The notes: generated by a model not told the origin, from the sequence alone. 64,000 bases of DNA from Rhodospirillales bacterium (GCA_037445025.1 JBBILI010000018.1:4705-68704), one strand, 5' to 3'; positions 42,314-51,816 are shown, numbered from the stretch's first letter. Made by a program: numbers and translations.

Positions 42314-42793
42314 ATGTCGAAATTTCCGCTTCTCGCGGCCGGGCTGCTGTGCCTGGCCTTCCCGGCCTTGGCTCAGGGCCCTTCCGTGACCGTCCAGAAC
42401 GCCTGGGCACGCGCCACCACGCCGCAGCAGAAGGTGGGCGGCGTGTTTCTCACCCTGATCGACAACGGGCCGGCAGACCGGCTGGTCTCGGCCACCTCGC
42501 CGATCGGCGACATGGTCGAGCTGCACCAGACGGTCAACGACGGCGGCGTGATGAAGATGCTGCCGGTTGAAACGCTCGATTTGCCGCAGGGCACAAAGGT
42601 CGAACTGAAGCCGGGCGGGTATCACCTGATGGTGATGGGGCTGAAGCACGGCCTGGTCGCCGGAAGCAGCTTTCCGGTCACGCTGACCTTCGAAAAATCG
42701 GCGCCGGTGACAGTGACGGTGACGGTGGGCACCGCAGGCGCAGCTGGCCCTACGATGCTGGGCCATGGCACCATGCCTCAATCAAAGGAATAG
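42314..42793 (+). CDS. Periplasmic copper chaperone PCu(A)C (DUF461)
   Basis: Signal peptide; 'GVFLTLIDNG...DMVELHQTV..GGVMKM...GGYHLMVMGL' with the H(M)-X10-M-X21-HXM Cu(I) motif. Confidence 0.88.
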   Translation: MSKFPLLAAGLLCLAFPALAQGPSVTVQNAWARATTPQQKVGGVFLTLIDNGPADRLVSATSPIGDMVELHQTVNDGGVMKMLPVETLDLPQGTKVELKPGGYHLMVMGLKHGLVAGSSFPVTLTFEKSAPVTVTVTVGTAGAAGPTMLGHGTMPQSKE

Positions 42794-42865
42794 AAGTTTC
42801 TTTGGTTCTTTCTTTTCAAAGAAAGAACTTCTTTTTTGAAAAAAAGAAGCAAAAAACTTTTATCC
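42793..42865. repeat. Tandem double AT-rich hairpin element (best-preserved copy)
   Basis: GAAGTTTCTTTG-GTTCTTTCTT-TTCA-AAGAAAGAAC then CTTCTTTTT-TGAA-AAAAAGAAG + CAAAAAACTTTTATCC. It spans the whole gap between the convergent PCuAC and purC stops. Confidence 0.9.
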
Positions 42866-42867
42866 TT

Positions 42868-43836
42868 TTAGAAGTAGCTGGAAAGGTGCTCTCGGATCCG
42901 CAGAAGGGGTGGGATATCGGGCGGTGGCACGAAGGTCTGGCCGGTGATGCGCTCGTAGGCGTCGATGTAGACCAGGGCCGTCTGCAGGATCACCTCGTTG
43001 GGGATCTCCGGCACGGGCTCGCGGTAAGGGTCGCAGCGCGCCGTCACCCAGCGGCGGATGAAGTCCTTGTCGAAGCTCCGCGGCGCGGTGCCCGCCGCGA
43101 AATGCGCCTTGTAGCTCTCGGCAAACCAGTAGCGGCTGCTGTCCGGCGTGTGGATCTCATCGGCCAGCACAATCCGACCATCCGCGTCGGTGCCGAATTC
43201 ATACTTGGTGTCGACCAGGATCAGCCCACGTGCCGCCGCCATCGCCTGACCGCGCGCGAACAGCGCGAAGGCATAGTCCTGCAGTTGCGACCACTGCCCA
43301 GGCGTCAGCAGCCCCTGCGCCAGAATCTCCTCCCCGCTCAGCGGCGCGTCATGCCCGCCATCGAACGCCTTGGTCGTCGGCGTGATGATCGGCGCCGGCA
43401 GGCGCTGGTTGGCGCGCATCCCGTCCGGCAGACGCGTGCCATACACGTCCCGCGCGCCGTGCTGATACATCGTCAGAATCGAGGTGCCGGTGGTGCCGGC
43501 AAGATAGTCCCGCACCACCACCTCCACCGGCAGGATATCCAGCCGCCGCCCCCGCACCACATTGGGGTCGGGGTAGGAGAGCACATGGTTGGGGCAGATA
43601 TCGGCCGTCGCCTCGAACCAGAACCGTGCGGTCTGCGTCAGCACCTGGCCCTTCAGCGGGATGCAGGCGAGAATGATGTCGAAGGCGCTGATCCGGTCCG
43701 TCGAGATCAGCAGCCGGCTGCCGTCGGGCAGGTCGTAGTTGTCGCGCACCTTGCCGGCATAGTGGTTCGGCAGCTGGGCAATGGTGGCATCCGTCAGCAC
43801 CAGATGCGCAAGGGCGGTGATCTCGTCGTAGGTCAT
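42868..43836 (-). CDS. purC: Phosphoribosylaminoimidazole-succinocarboxamide synthase (long form)
   Basis: '[26 protein letters not shown]...[11 protein letters not shown]...[14 protein letters not shown]'. Confidence 0.93.
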   Translation of the reverse strand: MTYDEITALAHLVLTDATIAQLPNHYAGKVRDNYDLPDGSRLLISTDRISAFDIILACIPLKGQVLTQTARFWFEATADICPNHVLSYPDPNVVRGRRLDILPVEVVVRDYLAGTTGTSILTMYQHGARDVYGTRLPDGMRANQRLPAPIITPTTKAFDGGHDAPLSGEEILAQGLLTPGQWSQLQDYAFALFARGQAMAAARGLILVDTKYEFGTDADGRIVLADEIHTPDSSRYWFAESYKAHFAAGTAPRSFDKDFIRRWVTARCDPYREPVPEIPNEVILQTALVYIDAYERITGQTFVPPPDIPPLLRIREHLSSYF

Positions 43837-44426
43837 GCGGACTCCAGGGACGGCGTGGCGATGGGGTAGTCGATCGCGAGGATTTCCACCAGTTCCGGGC
43901 CGCGCGGGGTGACCATGCGCACGGTGTCGCCGACCCGGGCCTGCATCAGGGCGCGCGCGATGGGCGAATGCAGGCTGACCTCGCCGCGGGACAGATCGGC
44001 TTCATCCACACCGAGAATGGTGACCCGCCGCTCCACCTCCGCCGCGTTGACGAACGTCACTGTCGCCCCGAAGCGCACCCGCCCGCGATCGGGCGTGGCG
44101 GCAGGATCGACGATCTCGGCGATGTTGAGCCGCTTCATCAGAAACCGCGCCCGGCGATCGATCTCGCGCAGCCGCTTCTTGCCGTAGAGATAGTCGCCGT
44201 TCTCCGAACGATCGCCGTTGCCGGCCGCCCAGGAGACGATCTCCACCACCTTCGGCCGCTCCACCTTCATCAGCTGGTGCAGCTCCGCCACCAGCCTGGC
44301 ATGGCCCGCGGGAGTGATGTGGTTGCGCGTGCCCGGCGGCAGAGGCGGCCCCGAATCGTCATCGTCATCATCGTCCATCGCTGCAGGATACAAGGTTCGG
44401 ATCTGCGTTGCATGGGCTGCTGCCAT
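43833..44426 (-). CDS. greB: Transcript cleavage factor GreB-like
   Basis: '[16 protein letters not shown]...[22 protein letters not shown]...[16 protein letters not shown]'. The stop overlaps the purC start (ATGA). The start could be ATG 44426 or 44378; an acidic D7 run follows the second. Confidence 0.82.
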   Translation of the reverse strand: MAAAHATQIRTLYPAAMDDDDDDDSGPPLPPGTRNHITPAGHARLVAELHQLMKVERPKVVEIVSWAAGNGDRSENGDYLYGKKRLREIDRRARFLMKRLNIAEIVDPAATPDRGRVRFGATVTFVNAAEVERRVTILGVDEADLSRGEVSLHSPIARALMQARVGDTVRMVTPRGPELVEILAIDYPIATPSLESA

Positions 44427-44480
44427 GCAACATCAAACCGTTGGTTGACGCGCGGACGTCGCGACCAGGACGATGCGGCC

Positions 44481-46325
44481 ATGTTCAAATATTTCGAAGA
44501 CCGGCTGAAACCAACCGCGATGGCGCCCGAATCGCCGCCGCCGCGCGATGGCGAGCGGGCCCTGATGCGCTTCTACTGGCATTATGTGCGCCAGGCGAAG
44601 TTCCTCTACCTCGCGCTGTTCGTCGCCGGGCTGACGGTGGCGCTGATGGACACGCTGATCCCGGTGTTCATCGGCCGTCTGGTCACGCTGGTGTCCAAGC
44701 ATGCGCCGGAAACACTGCTGGCGCAGGAATGGCCGCAGCTGGCCCTGATGGCGGCGGCCTTGCTCCTGGGCCGGCCGCTGTCGCTGCTGGCGCGCGGGCT
44801 GATCACCAACCAGGCGCTGGCGGCGGGGCTCACCAACCTGGTGCGCTGGCAGTCGCATTGGCACGTCGTGCGCCAGAGCTGGACGTTCTTTCAGAACGAT
44901 TTCGCCGGCCGCGTCGCCAACCGGGTGATGCAGACCGGGCCGGCGCTGCGCGAAAGCGTGACCGCCTCGATCAACGCGGTGTGGTACATCCTCGTCTACG
45001 GTGTGACGGCGCTGGCGCTGATGTTCTCCGATGACTGGCGGCTCACCCTGCCGCTGATCGCCTGGTTCGCGGCCTATATCCTGATGCTGCGCTATTTCGT
45101 GCCCCGCCTGCGCGACCGGTCGCGCGCCATGAGCGAGGTGCGCTCCGGCCTCACCGGGCGGATCGTCGACAGCTACACCAACATCCTCACGGTGAAGTTG
45201 TTCGCCCGCGCCCGCGACGAGGATGATTTCGTGCGCGCGGCGGTGGACGACCACACCAACGCGTTTCACGACCAGCTGCGCATGATCACCCGCTATGTGC
45301 TGACGCTGACCATCATCAACGCGTTCCTGGTGGCCGGCACCGCCGCCATGGCGGTGACGCTGTGGACGATGGGGCTGATCACCGTCGGCGCCGTGGCGAT
45401 GGTGCTGCCGCTGGCGTGGCAGATCTCCAACATCTCCGGCTGGGTGGCCGAGAACGTCACCGCCATCTTCGAGAATGTCGGCATCGTGCAGGACGGCATG
45501 AAGTCCATCGCCGTGCCGCGGCAGATGCCGGATGCGCCGGACGCGCGCGAGCTGCAGGTGACGCGCGGCGCCATCCGGTTCGAGAACGTCACCTTCGGCT
45601 ACGGCACCCAGCGCGGCGTGCTGCACAATCTGTCGCTCGATATCGCACCGGGCGAGCGCATCGGGCTGGTCGGTCATTCCGGCGCCGGCAAGTCCACGCT
45701 GGTCAATCTGCTGCTGCATTTCCACAAGCCCGACAGCGGCCGCATCACCATCGACGGGCAGGACATCGCAGGCGTCACCCAGGAGAGCCTGCGCACGCAG
45801 ATCGCCATGGTGACGCAGGACACCTCGCTGCTGCATCGCTCGATCCGCGACAACATCGCCTATGGGCGCCCCTGGGCGTCGGATGCCGAGGTGGTGGCCG
45901 CCGCCGAGCAGGCGGAGGCGACGGATTTCATCGCCACATTGGAGGACTGGAACGGCAACACCGGATACGAGGCACATGTCGGCGAGCGCGGGGTGAAGCT
46001 GTCCGGCGGCCAGCGCCAGCGCATCGCAATCGCCCGCGTCATCCTCAAGGACGCGCCGATCCTGGTGCTGGACGAGGCCACATCCGCCCTCGACTCCGAG
46101 GTGGAAGCGGCGATTCAAAGCCAGATGGACCGGCTGATGCGCGGCCGCACCGTCATCGCCATCGCGCACCGCCTGTCCACCATCGCCAAGATGGACCGGG
46201 TGGTGGTGATGGACCATGGCCGCATCGTCGAAATCGGCACGCATCATGCGTTGCTCGAGAAAGGCGGGGCGTACGCGCGGATGTGGGGGCGGCAGTCCGG
46301 CGGGTTTGCCGAGGCGGCGGATTGA
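44481..46325 (+). CDS. ABC transporter, fused permease/ATP-binding protein (exporter type)
   Basis: Six-TM N-terminal domain; 'GLVGHSGAGKSTL' Walker A, 'LSGGQRQRIAIAR' signature, 'ILVLDEATSALD' Walker B. Confidence 0.9.
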   Translation: MFKYFEDRLKPTAMAPESPPPRDGERALMRFYWHYVRQAKFLYLALFVAGLTVALMDTLIPVFIGRLVTLVSKHAPETLLAQEWPQLALMAAALLLGRPLSLLARGLITNQALAAGLTNLVRWQSHWHVVRQSWTFFQNDFAGRVANRVMQTGPALRESVTASINAVWYILVYGVTALALMFSDDWRLTLPLIAWFAAYILMLRYFVPRLRDRSRAMSEVRSGLTGRIVDSYTNILTVKLFARARDEDDFVRAAVDDHTNAFHDQLRMITRYVLTLTIINAFLVAGTAAMAVTLWTMGLITVGAVAMVLPLAWQISNISGWVAENVTAIFENVGIVQDGMKSIAVPRQMPDAPDARELQVTRGAIRFENVTFGYGTQRGVLHNLSLDIAPGERIGLVGHSGAGKSTLVNLLLHFHKPDSGRITIDGQDIAGVTQESLRTQIAMVTQDTSLLHRSIRDNIAYGRPWASDAEVVAAAEQAEATDFIATLEDWNGNTGYEAHVGERGVKLSGGQRQRIAIARVILKDAPILVLDEATSALDSEVEAAIQSQMDRLMRGRTVIAIAHRLSTIAKMDRVVVMDHGRIVEIGTHHALLEKGGAYARMWGRQSGGFAEAAD

Positions 46326-46330
46326 AGGCT

Positions 46331-46364
46331 GTTCTTTTTTGAAAAAAAGAACCAAAAAACTTTC
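46331..46364. repeat. Solo type A AT-rich hairpin unit
   Basis: GTTCTTTTT-TGAA-AAAAAGAAC + CAAAAAACTTTC, 5 nt after the ABC transporter stop. Confidence 0.88.
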
Positions 46365-46383
46365 GTTTGTTTGAGGGATTCCC

Positions 46384-46794
46384 ATGTCCGAGCTCACCAT
46401 CGCTGCCGGCCCGTATACCTTTACCGCGCGGTGGGAGGAGGAACTGGCACCCAAGACATGCGCGAAGTTCAAGACGCTGCTGCCGTACAAGGAGCGCATC
46501 ATCCATGTGCGCTGGAGCGGCGAGGCGTGCTGGATACCGTTGGGGGAGCTGGACCTCGGCCTCGGCTACGAGAACCACACCAGCTATCCCGCGCCCGGCC
46601 AGATCCTGGTCTATCCCGGCGGCATCAGCGAGACCGAGATCCTGCTGGCCTACGGCTCCTGCCACTTCGCCAGCAAGGTCGGCCAGCTCGCCGGCAATCA
46701 TTTCCTCACCATCACCGGCGGGCTGGAGAATCTGGTGGCGCTGGGGAAGATGACGCTGTGGCAGGGCGCGCAGGACATCGTGTTCGGCGCCTGA
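46384..46794 (+). CDS. DUF3830 (cyclophilin-like fold) protein
   Basis: 136 aa. 'FTARWEEELAPKTCAKFKTLLPY...IHVRWSGEACWIPLG...PGQILVYPGGISETEILLAYG' resembles the DUF3830 family from memory. Confidence 0.6.
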   Translation: MSELTIAAGPYTFTARWEEELAPKTCAKFKTLLPYKERIIHVRWSGEACWIPLGELDLGLGYENHTSYPAPGQILVYPGGISETEILLAYGSCHFASKVGQLAGNHFLTITGGLENLVALGKMTLWQGAQDIVFGA

Positions 46795-46797
46795 AGC

Positions 46798-46921
46798 GGT
46801 TCTTTTTTGAAAAAAAGAACCAAAAAACTTTTATCCGCCAACACGTGACCCTCCTGAAAGATCCGCGTCAGCGTTTCAAAGTCTTTTGCTTCTTTTTTTT
46901 AGAAAAGAAGGCCTTGCTTCC
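46798..46921. repeat. Composite AT-rich hairpin element (type A hairpin, 67-nt core, decayed inverted type B hairpin)
   Basis: Hairpin A at 46798-46821, tail AAAAAACTTTTATCCGC, hairpin B remnant CTTCTTTTTTTTAGAAAAGAAG at 46889-46910, flank GCCTTGCTTCC. Confidence 0.88.
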
Positions 46922-47015
46922 TTGCATCAGTGGCCAAAGAGCAATGCAGGTATATTGTATCTACTATTTAATTCGAATAAGCAACGAATAGGGTGTGCCT
47001 TTGGGCGGGTCCCCA

Positions 47016-47588
47016 TCACCGTTTCGAGACACGATCCGTCCGGACCCAGGCCATCACACCGCGTGGAATCGGCACACGCCCCAGATCCGGTATCACCTGC
47101 TTGCGCGGCCGAGCCCGCACGCGCCGTTTCGGCGCATCCGCCCCAGGCCGCAACACCGAAGTCTCGATCGCCAGCATCCGGCACACCGGCGTCAGCACCC
47201 GCACCGCCTGTGGGCACGCCGCCAGAAATGCCACCATCTCGGGCGTCTCCAGCACGGCCCGAAGCTGGCAGCCCAACCCAGCCGCCTCCCAACCGGCGTC
47301 TCGCACCAACCATCCGAACCGGCAAGGCCACAGCCGAACCCCGGCCTCCCGAGCGGCACGCGAAACCGCCGGCGAACGCGCACGCCGCACGCCCACCGGC
47401 CGCAACCGCCCCGCCTGAAACCGCGACACCATCCCCTCGATCCGGCGAAGAATCTCCCCCAACCTGCGATACACCAGATGCACCAGCGCCTCATCCAACC
47501 ACCGCCGACCGCCCCAGTGCGCCACCGCCACCCGCAAGGTGCCGATCACGGCGGACAGGCTCAAAAAGGGGAAAGAAGCGGCGTTCAT
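47016..47588 (-). CDS. Orphan hypothetical protein with atypical codon usage
   Basis: 190 aa from MNAASFPFLSL.... It contains 'LETPEMVAFLAACPQAVRVLTPVCRMLAIE'. It is rich in TTG/CGG/GGG codons, unlike its neighbours. No domain is recognised with confidence. Confidence 0.5.
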   Translation of the reverse strand: MNAASFPFLSLSAVIGTLRVAVAHWGGRRWLDEALVHLVYRRLGEILRRIEGMVSRFQAGRLRPVGVRRARSPAVSRAAREAGVRLWPCRFGWLVRDAGWEAAGLGCQLRAVLETPEMVAFLAACPQAVRVLTPVCRMLAIETSVLRPGADAPKRRVRARPRKQVIPDLGRVPIPRGVMAWVRTDRVSKR

Positions 47589-47846
47589 GATTATTTTCCT
47601 ACTCGAAAACCCCTCCAGGCGCAAGAGGAAAGCATCGGCCAAGCGTCCCCGATGCGGCCCCTCCATGGATCAACATCACGGGCGGTTGGCAGAGACCGGA
47701 ACGAATTCCATCCACGTCGCAGCTGCAACGCAAGATCGATCAGCGCCATTCAAAGGCCCGCGAACAGAACTGGCCGTCCCATGACGTCACCAGACAGACA
47801 TCGTGGATGCGTGCTCCCGGAGGGCGATGCAATCCGCCGGTCCTCG

Positions 47847-47869
47847 CCAAAAGGCGGATGACATCCGCC
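47847..47869 (-). terminator. Rho-independent terminator of the aminotransferase gene
   Basis: The minus strand reads GGCGGAT-gtc-ATCCGCC-TTTTGG immediately after the TAG stop (47870-47872). Confidence 0.65.
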
Positions 47870-49195
47870 CTACGCGAGCACCGTCTCCACGGCATCCCCC
47901 AGCCGCTCAACGATCGCCACAATATCCTCACGCTGGGCAATATACGGCGGCGCGATCAACACATGGTCTCCGAACCGCCCATCGATCGTGCCACCCATCG
48001 GATAGACCGCCACCCCGTTCTGAAACGCCTGCTGCTTGATCTTTTCATGCAGCCGCAGACCGGGATCGAACGGCCGCTTGCTCGACCGGTCCGCCACGAG
48101 CTCGATCGCCTGGAACAGCCCACGGCCGCGGATGTCACCGATATGGGCGTGGTTGCCGAAACGCTCGGTGAGCTGTTCGTGCAGCACGGCCCCCATCGCC
48201 CGCACATTGGCCAGCAGATCGTCCTCGGCAATCACCCGCTGCACCGCCAGCGCCGCCGCACAGGCCACCGGATGCGCCTGATAGGTGTGCCCATGCATGA
48301 ACGCGCCGGACCCCGCATCCAGCGCCTGGATCACCTTCCCCGACACCAGCACCCCGCCGATCGGCTGAAACCCGCCGCCCAACCCCTTGGCGATCACCTG
48401 GATATCCGGCACCACGCCCTCCTGCTCCCAGGCATGCATGGTGCCGGTGCGGCCCATGCCGCACATCACCTCATCGAGGATCAGCAGCGCGCCGTGCCGG
48501 TCGCACACCGCGCGCATCGCCGGGAAATAGCCGGGCACGGCGGTGACACAGCCCGTCGTCGCCCCCACCACCGGCTCGGCGCAGAAGGCGATGACATTCT
48601 GCGGACCAAGGCGCTGGAATTCCGCCTCCAGCTCGTCCGCCAGCCGCTGAACATAGGCGGCGTCGCTCTCATCCGTGCCTTGGAACCGGTAGGAGAAGCA
48701 CGGGCTGACATGGCTGAACGCCGGTGACAGCAGTTCGGCATAGGGGGCACGCCGCATGGCGTTGCCGCCGGCCGACAGCGCGCCCAACGTGTTGCCGTGA
48801 TAGCTCGCCCGCCTGGCGATGAACCGGGTGCGCTGGGGCTGGCCGATTTCCAGATAATACTGCCGCGCTAGCTTGATCGCCGTCTCCATGCCCTCGGAGC
48901 CGGAGGAGACGAAGAACGCATGGGTCAGGCCGCCCGGCTCGTCCGCCAGCAGCGTCTCGGCCAGCTCCTCGGCGGCGGTGTTGGTGAACAGGCCGGTATG
49001 GACATAGGCGACCTTGGCCAATTGGTCCGCGATCGCCGCCCGCACCCGGACATCGCCATGCCCCAGGCACGCCACCGCCGCCCCGCCGGAGCCGTCCAGC
49101 ACCGTCCGGCCATCCGCCATCACGATATGCATGCCGTAGCCCCCCACCGCCAGATGCGGTGCCTCGTGCAGGCTGCGGTGCAGAATACGGCTCAT
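47870..49195 (-). CDS. Class III (omega) aminotransferase family protein
   Basis: 'DGSGGAAVACLGHGD...FFVSSGSEGMETAIKLARQY...ILDEVMCGMGRTG...' PLP fold type I, class III motifs. Start at MSRILHR (ATG 49195). Confidence 0.88.
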   Translation of the reverse strand: MSRILHRSLHEAPHLAVGGYGMHIVMADGRTVLDGSGGAAVACLGHGDVRVRAAIADQLAKVAYVHTGLFTNTAAEELAETLLADEPGGLTHAFFVSSGSEGMETAIKLARQYYLEIGQPQRTRFIARRASYHGNTLGALSAGGNAMRRAPYAELLSPAFSHVSPCFSYRFQGTDESDAAYVQRLADELEAEFQRLGPQNVIAFCAEPVVGATTGCVTAVPGYFPAMRAVCDRHGALLILDEVMCGMGRTGTMHAWEQEGVVPDIQVIAKGLGGGFQPIGGVLVSGKVIQALDAGSGAFMHGHTYQAHPVACAAALAVQRVIAEDDLLANVRAMGAVLHEQLTERFGNHAHIGDIRGRGLFQAIELVADRSSKRPFDPGLRLHEKIKQQAFQNGVAVYPMGGTIDGRFGDHVLIAPPYIAQREDIVAIVERLGDAVETVLA

Positions 49196-49251
49196 GAAAA
49201 CACTCCTATTCTCGCAAAGCAGCGAAACGCCGGATGTCGTTTCACTCATTC

Positions 49252-49280
49252 TTGACACCCAGGGCCACGAAGGTTAGCAA
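49252..49280 (+). promoter_or_regulatory. Candidate sigma-70 promoter of the atpI-B-E-b'-b operon
   Basis: TTGACA (49252-49257), N17, TAGCAA (49275-49280), about 40 nt upstream of the atpI ATG. Confidence 0.35.
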
Positions 49281-49321
49281 GCCCACGCTTTCCGGCAAGC
49301 AATCTTGCCCAGGACGCAGGA

Positions 49322-49633
49322 ATGAATGAGCGCAAGGACAGCGACGACGGGTCTTTCGAGAGCCGGCTCGAAGCTGCCCGCAGGAAGCAGGGGCTCGATC
49401 CCGAACCGCAGGCCGACAAGGCCGGCGGGACGCAGCCGACATCGATGGGTGTGGGTCTGCGGGTGGGGGTCGAACTGCTGTCCACCCTGATCGTGGGGGC
49501 CGCCATCGGTTGGTTTCTCGACCGGGGGCTGCACACGTCGCCCGCCATGCTAATCCTGTTCGTTCTGCTCGGAGGCGCCGCCGGCATCGCGAATGTCTGG
49601 CGGCTGATGTCGCCAAAGGCGCCGAAACGCTGA
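49322..49633 (+). CDS. atpI: ATP synthase protein I (AtpI/AtpZ family)
   Basis: Small two-TM protein 'GLRVGVELLSTLIVGAAIGWFLD...LILFVLLGGAAGIANVW' directly upstream of atpB. Confidence 0.85.
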   Translation: MNERKDSDDGSFESRLEAARRKQGLDPEPQADKAGGTQPTSMGVGLRVGVELLSTLIVGAAIGWFLDRGLHTSPAMLILFVLLGGAAGIANVWRLMSPKAPKR

Positions 49634-49668
49634 CGGCGAAACGACAGTTGGTATGAAGGACGGGTCTC

Positions 49669-50424
49669 TTGGCGGCTGAAGCACACACGATCGACGCACT
49701 CGGCCAGTTTACCCTCACCCCCGTGATGGGACAGATGGGCGCTTCGATGAACTTCTCGCAGTCCAATCTGCTGATGCTCATCGCCAGCGTTCTGATCCTG
49801 TCCTTGCTCTATTTCGGCATGCGCCCCAAGGCCATCGTGCCGGGCCGCCTGCAGGCTCTGGCAGAAACCCTTTACGAATTCGTCTATTCGATGTGTTCGG
49901 ATCAGATCGGGCATGAAGGCCGGAAGTTCTTCCCGTTCATCTTCACCCTGTTCACCTTCATCCTCCTCGGCAACCTGCTCGGCCTGCTGCCGTTCTCGTT
50001 CACCTATACCAGCCACATCATGGTGACGTTCGCGCTCGCCGCCTTCGTGATCATCCTCACCACGGTGGTCGCGCTGCGCATCCATGGGCTGCACTTCTTC
50101 ACCTACTTCTTCCCCGCAGGCGCGCCCAAGGTGCTGGCGCCGCTGATCATCCCGGTCGAGATCATTTCCTACCTCTCCCGCCCGGTCAGCCTGTCGATCC
50201 GTCTTTTCGCCAACATGGTCGCCGGTCACGTGATGTTCGAGGTGTTCGCCTCCTTCGTGATCATGCTCTCCGCCGCCGGCGCCCTCGGCGTCGTGGGCGC
50301 GGTCGGACCGTTGGCTCTGAATGTTGTGCTGGTGGGCTTCGAGCTCCTGGTCGCAGCCCTGCAGGCCTATGTCTTCGCCATCCTGACCTGCATCTACCTG
50401 CACGACGCCGTGCATCTGCACTAG
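49669..50424 (+). CDS. atpB: F0F1 ATP synthase subunit a
   Basis: 'SLSIRLFANMVAGH' with the essential Arg motif. TTG start with an AAGGA RBS. Confidence 0.93.
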   Translation: MAAEAHTIDALGQFTLTPVMGQMGASMNFSQSNLLMLIASVLILSLLYFGMRPKAIVPGRLQALAETLYEFVYSMCSDQIGHEGRKFFPFIFTLFTFILLGNLLGLLPFSFTYTSHIMVTFALAAFVIILTTVVALRIHGLHFFTYFFPAGAPKVLAPLIIPVEIISYLSRPVSLSIRLFANMVAGHVMFEVFASFVIMLSAAGALGVVGAVGPLALNVVLVGFELLVAALQAYVFAILTCIYLHDAVHLH

Positions 50425-50478
50425 ACGTCGCAGACTTCGTACAACCGCTTCAGCCTGAACACAGAAGGATTGATTGAT

Positions 50479-50703
50479 ATGGACGTGCTCGCCGCAAAGG
50501 CCCTCGGGGCTGGTATCGCTGTGATCGCCCTGGCCGGCGTCGGCATCGGCATCGGCAACATCTTCGCCGCCCTGGTCACCAGCGTCGCCCGCAACCCGTC
50601 GGCCCGCGACCAGGTGTTCGGCCTCGGCATTCTCGGCTTCGCGCTGACGGAAGCCGTGGCGCTGTTCGCCCTGCTGATCGCCTTCCTCATCCTGTTCACC
50701 TGA
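50479..50703 (+). CDS. atpE: F0F1 ATP synthase subunit c
   Basis: '[20 protein letters not shown]...ARNP...[22 protein letters not shown]' proteolipid hairpin. ATG 50479 is preferred over the track TTG 50470. Confidence 0.93.
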   Translation: MDVLAAKALGAGIAVIALAGVGIGIGNIFAALVTSVARNPSARDQVFGLGILGFALTEAVALFALLIAFLILFT

Positions 50704-50720
50704 TCCAAGGGGTTCCGCCC

Positions 50721-51302
50721 GTGCGTGGCCTCAAGGCACTCGCGTCGGCCGGCTTTCTCCTTCTGACCTCCTCGGCCTATGCCGAGGAGGCCAAGAAGGG
50801 CATGCCGCAGCTCGACCTCGCCAATCCGCTGACCACCTTCCAGGTCGTCTGGCTGGCGGTCATCTTCCTCGCCCTCTATCTGCTGCTGTCCAACTGGGCG
50901 CTGCCGCAGGTGGCCTCGGTGCTGGAAACGCGCGCCAAGACCATCGCGGACGATCTGGACGCCGCCCGCCTCGCCAAGACGCTGGCCGACAAGGCCCATG
51001 CCGAAATGCTCGCCGCCACCCACAAGGCCCAGGCTGAGGCCCAGGCCGAAGTGACCGCGGCGGTCGATGCCGCCAAGGCCCAGGCCGCCTTCAAGGCCGC
51101 CGCCGCCAATGCGGACATGGACAAGCGGCTCGCCGAGGCCGAAGCACGCATCGCCGCGGCGCGTGACGCCTCAGTGGGCGCGCTGCGCGAGGTTTCACTG
51201 ACCGCGACCGCCGACGTCGTCACCCGCCTGGCCGGCTTCACGCCGCACCACGCGGTGATCGAACAGGCGGTCGATCGCGCACTCACCGCCCGCGCGGCGT
51301 AA
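50721..51302 (+). CDS. F0F1 ATP synthase subunit b'
   Basis: Signal-like N-terminus, 'MPQLD...FQVVWLAVIFLALYLLLSNWALP', then a long Ala/Glu/Lys coiled coil. GTG start. Confidence 0.88.
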   Translation: MRGLKALASAGFLLLTSSAYAEEAKKGMPQLDLANPLTTFQVVWLAVIFLALYLLLSNWALPQVASVLETRAKTIADDLDAARLAKTLADKAHAEMLAATHKAQAEAQAEVTAAVDAAKAQAAFKAAAANADMDKRLAEAEARIAAARDASVGALREVSLTATADVVTRLAGFTPHHAVIEQAVDRALTARAA

Positions 51303-51312
51303 GGACACGACG

Positions 51313-51816
51313 ATGGAACATAAGAGCTTCTTCGCCGATCCGCGCACCTGGGTGGCCGTCGCCTTCGTCATCTTCTTCGTTCTGCTCGGCAAAACGATCT
51401 GGAAGGCGCTGACCGGCATGCTTGACGGCCGCGCCGCCAAGATCCGCGCCGAACTGGCCGAGGCGCAGCGTCTGCGCAACGAGGCCGAGGCCATGCTGGC
51501 CGAGGCCGCGAAAAGCCGGGCCGAGGCGCTGGCCAACGCCCAGGCCCTGCTCGAGGGCGCGAAGCGCGAGGCCGCACGGCTGGCCGCTCTGGCCGTGGAA
51601 GAGGCCGAAGCGTCCGCGCGTCGGCGTGAACGGATGGCGATGGACCGCATCGCAGCGGCCGAGAAGGCCGCTGTCGATGAAGTCCGCCTTGCCGCCGCCG
51701 ATATCGCAACCGCTGCCGCAAAGCTGCTGATCACTGAAAACCTCGGTGATATCGCCGGTGCCGCCATCGTCGACCACGCCATCGCCGGCCTCCCCGCGGC
51801 CCTCCGCGCCGCCTAA
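51313..51816 (+). CDS. atpF: F0F1 ATP synthase subunit b
   Basis: 'WVAVAFVIFFVLLGK...LDGRAAKIRAELAEAQRLRNEAE' with a single TM plus coiled coil. Confidence 0.9.
   Translation: MEHKSFFADPRTWVAVAFVIFFVLLGKTIWKALTGMLDGRAAKIRAELAEAQRLRNEAEAMLAEAAKSRAEALANAQALLEGAKREAARLAALAVEEAEASARRRERMAMDRIAAAEKAAVDEVRLAAADIATAAAKLLITENLGDIAGAAIVDHAIAGLPAALRAA

Noticed and set aside
46371-47861. Plus-strand ORFs 46371..46991, 46886..47590, 46993..47418 and 46995..47861 across the repeat and orphan region.
   Set aside because: They run through the AT-rich repeat elements or are extreme Pro/Arg/His low-complexity translations opposite the better-behaved minus-strand ORF 47016-47588.
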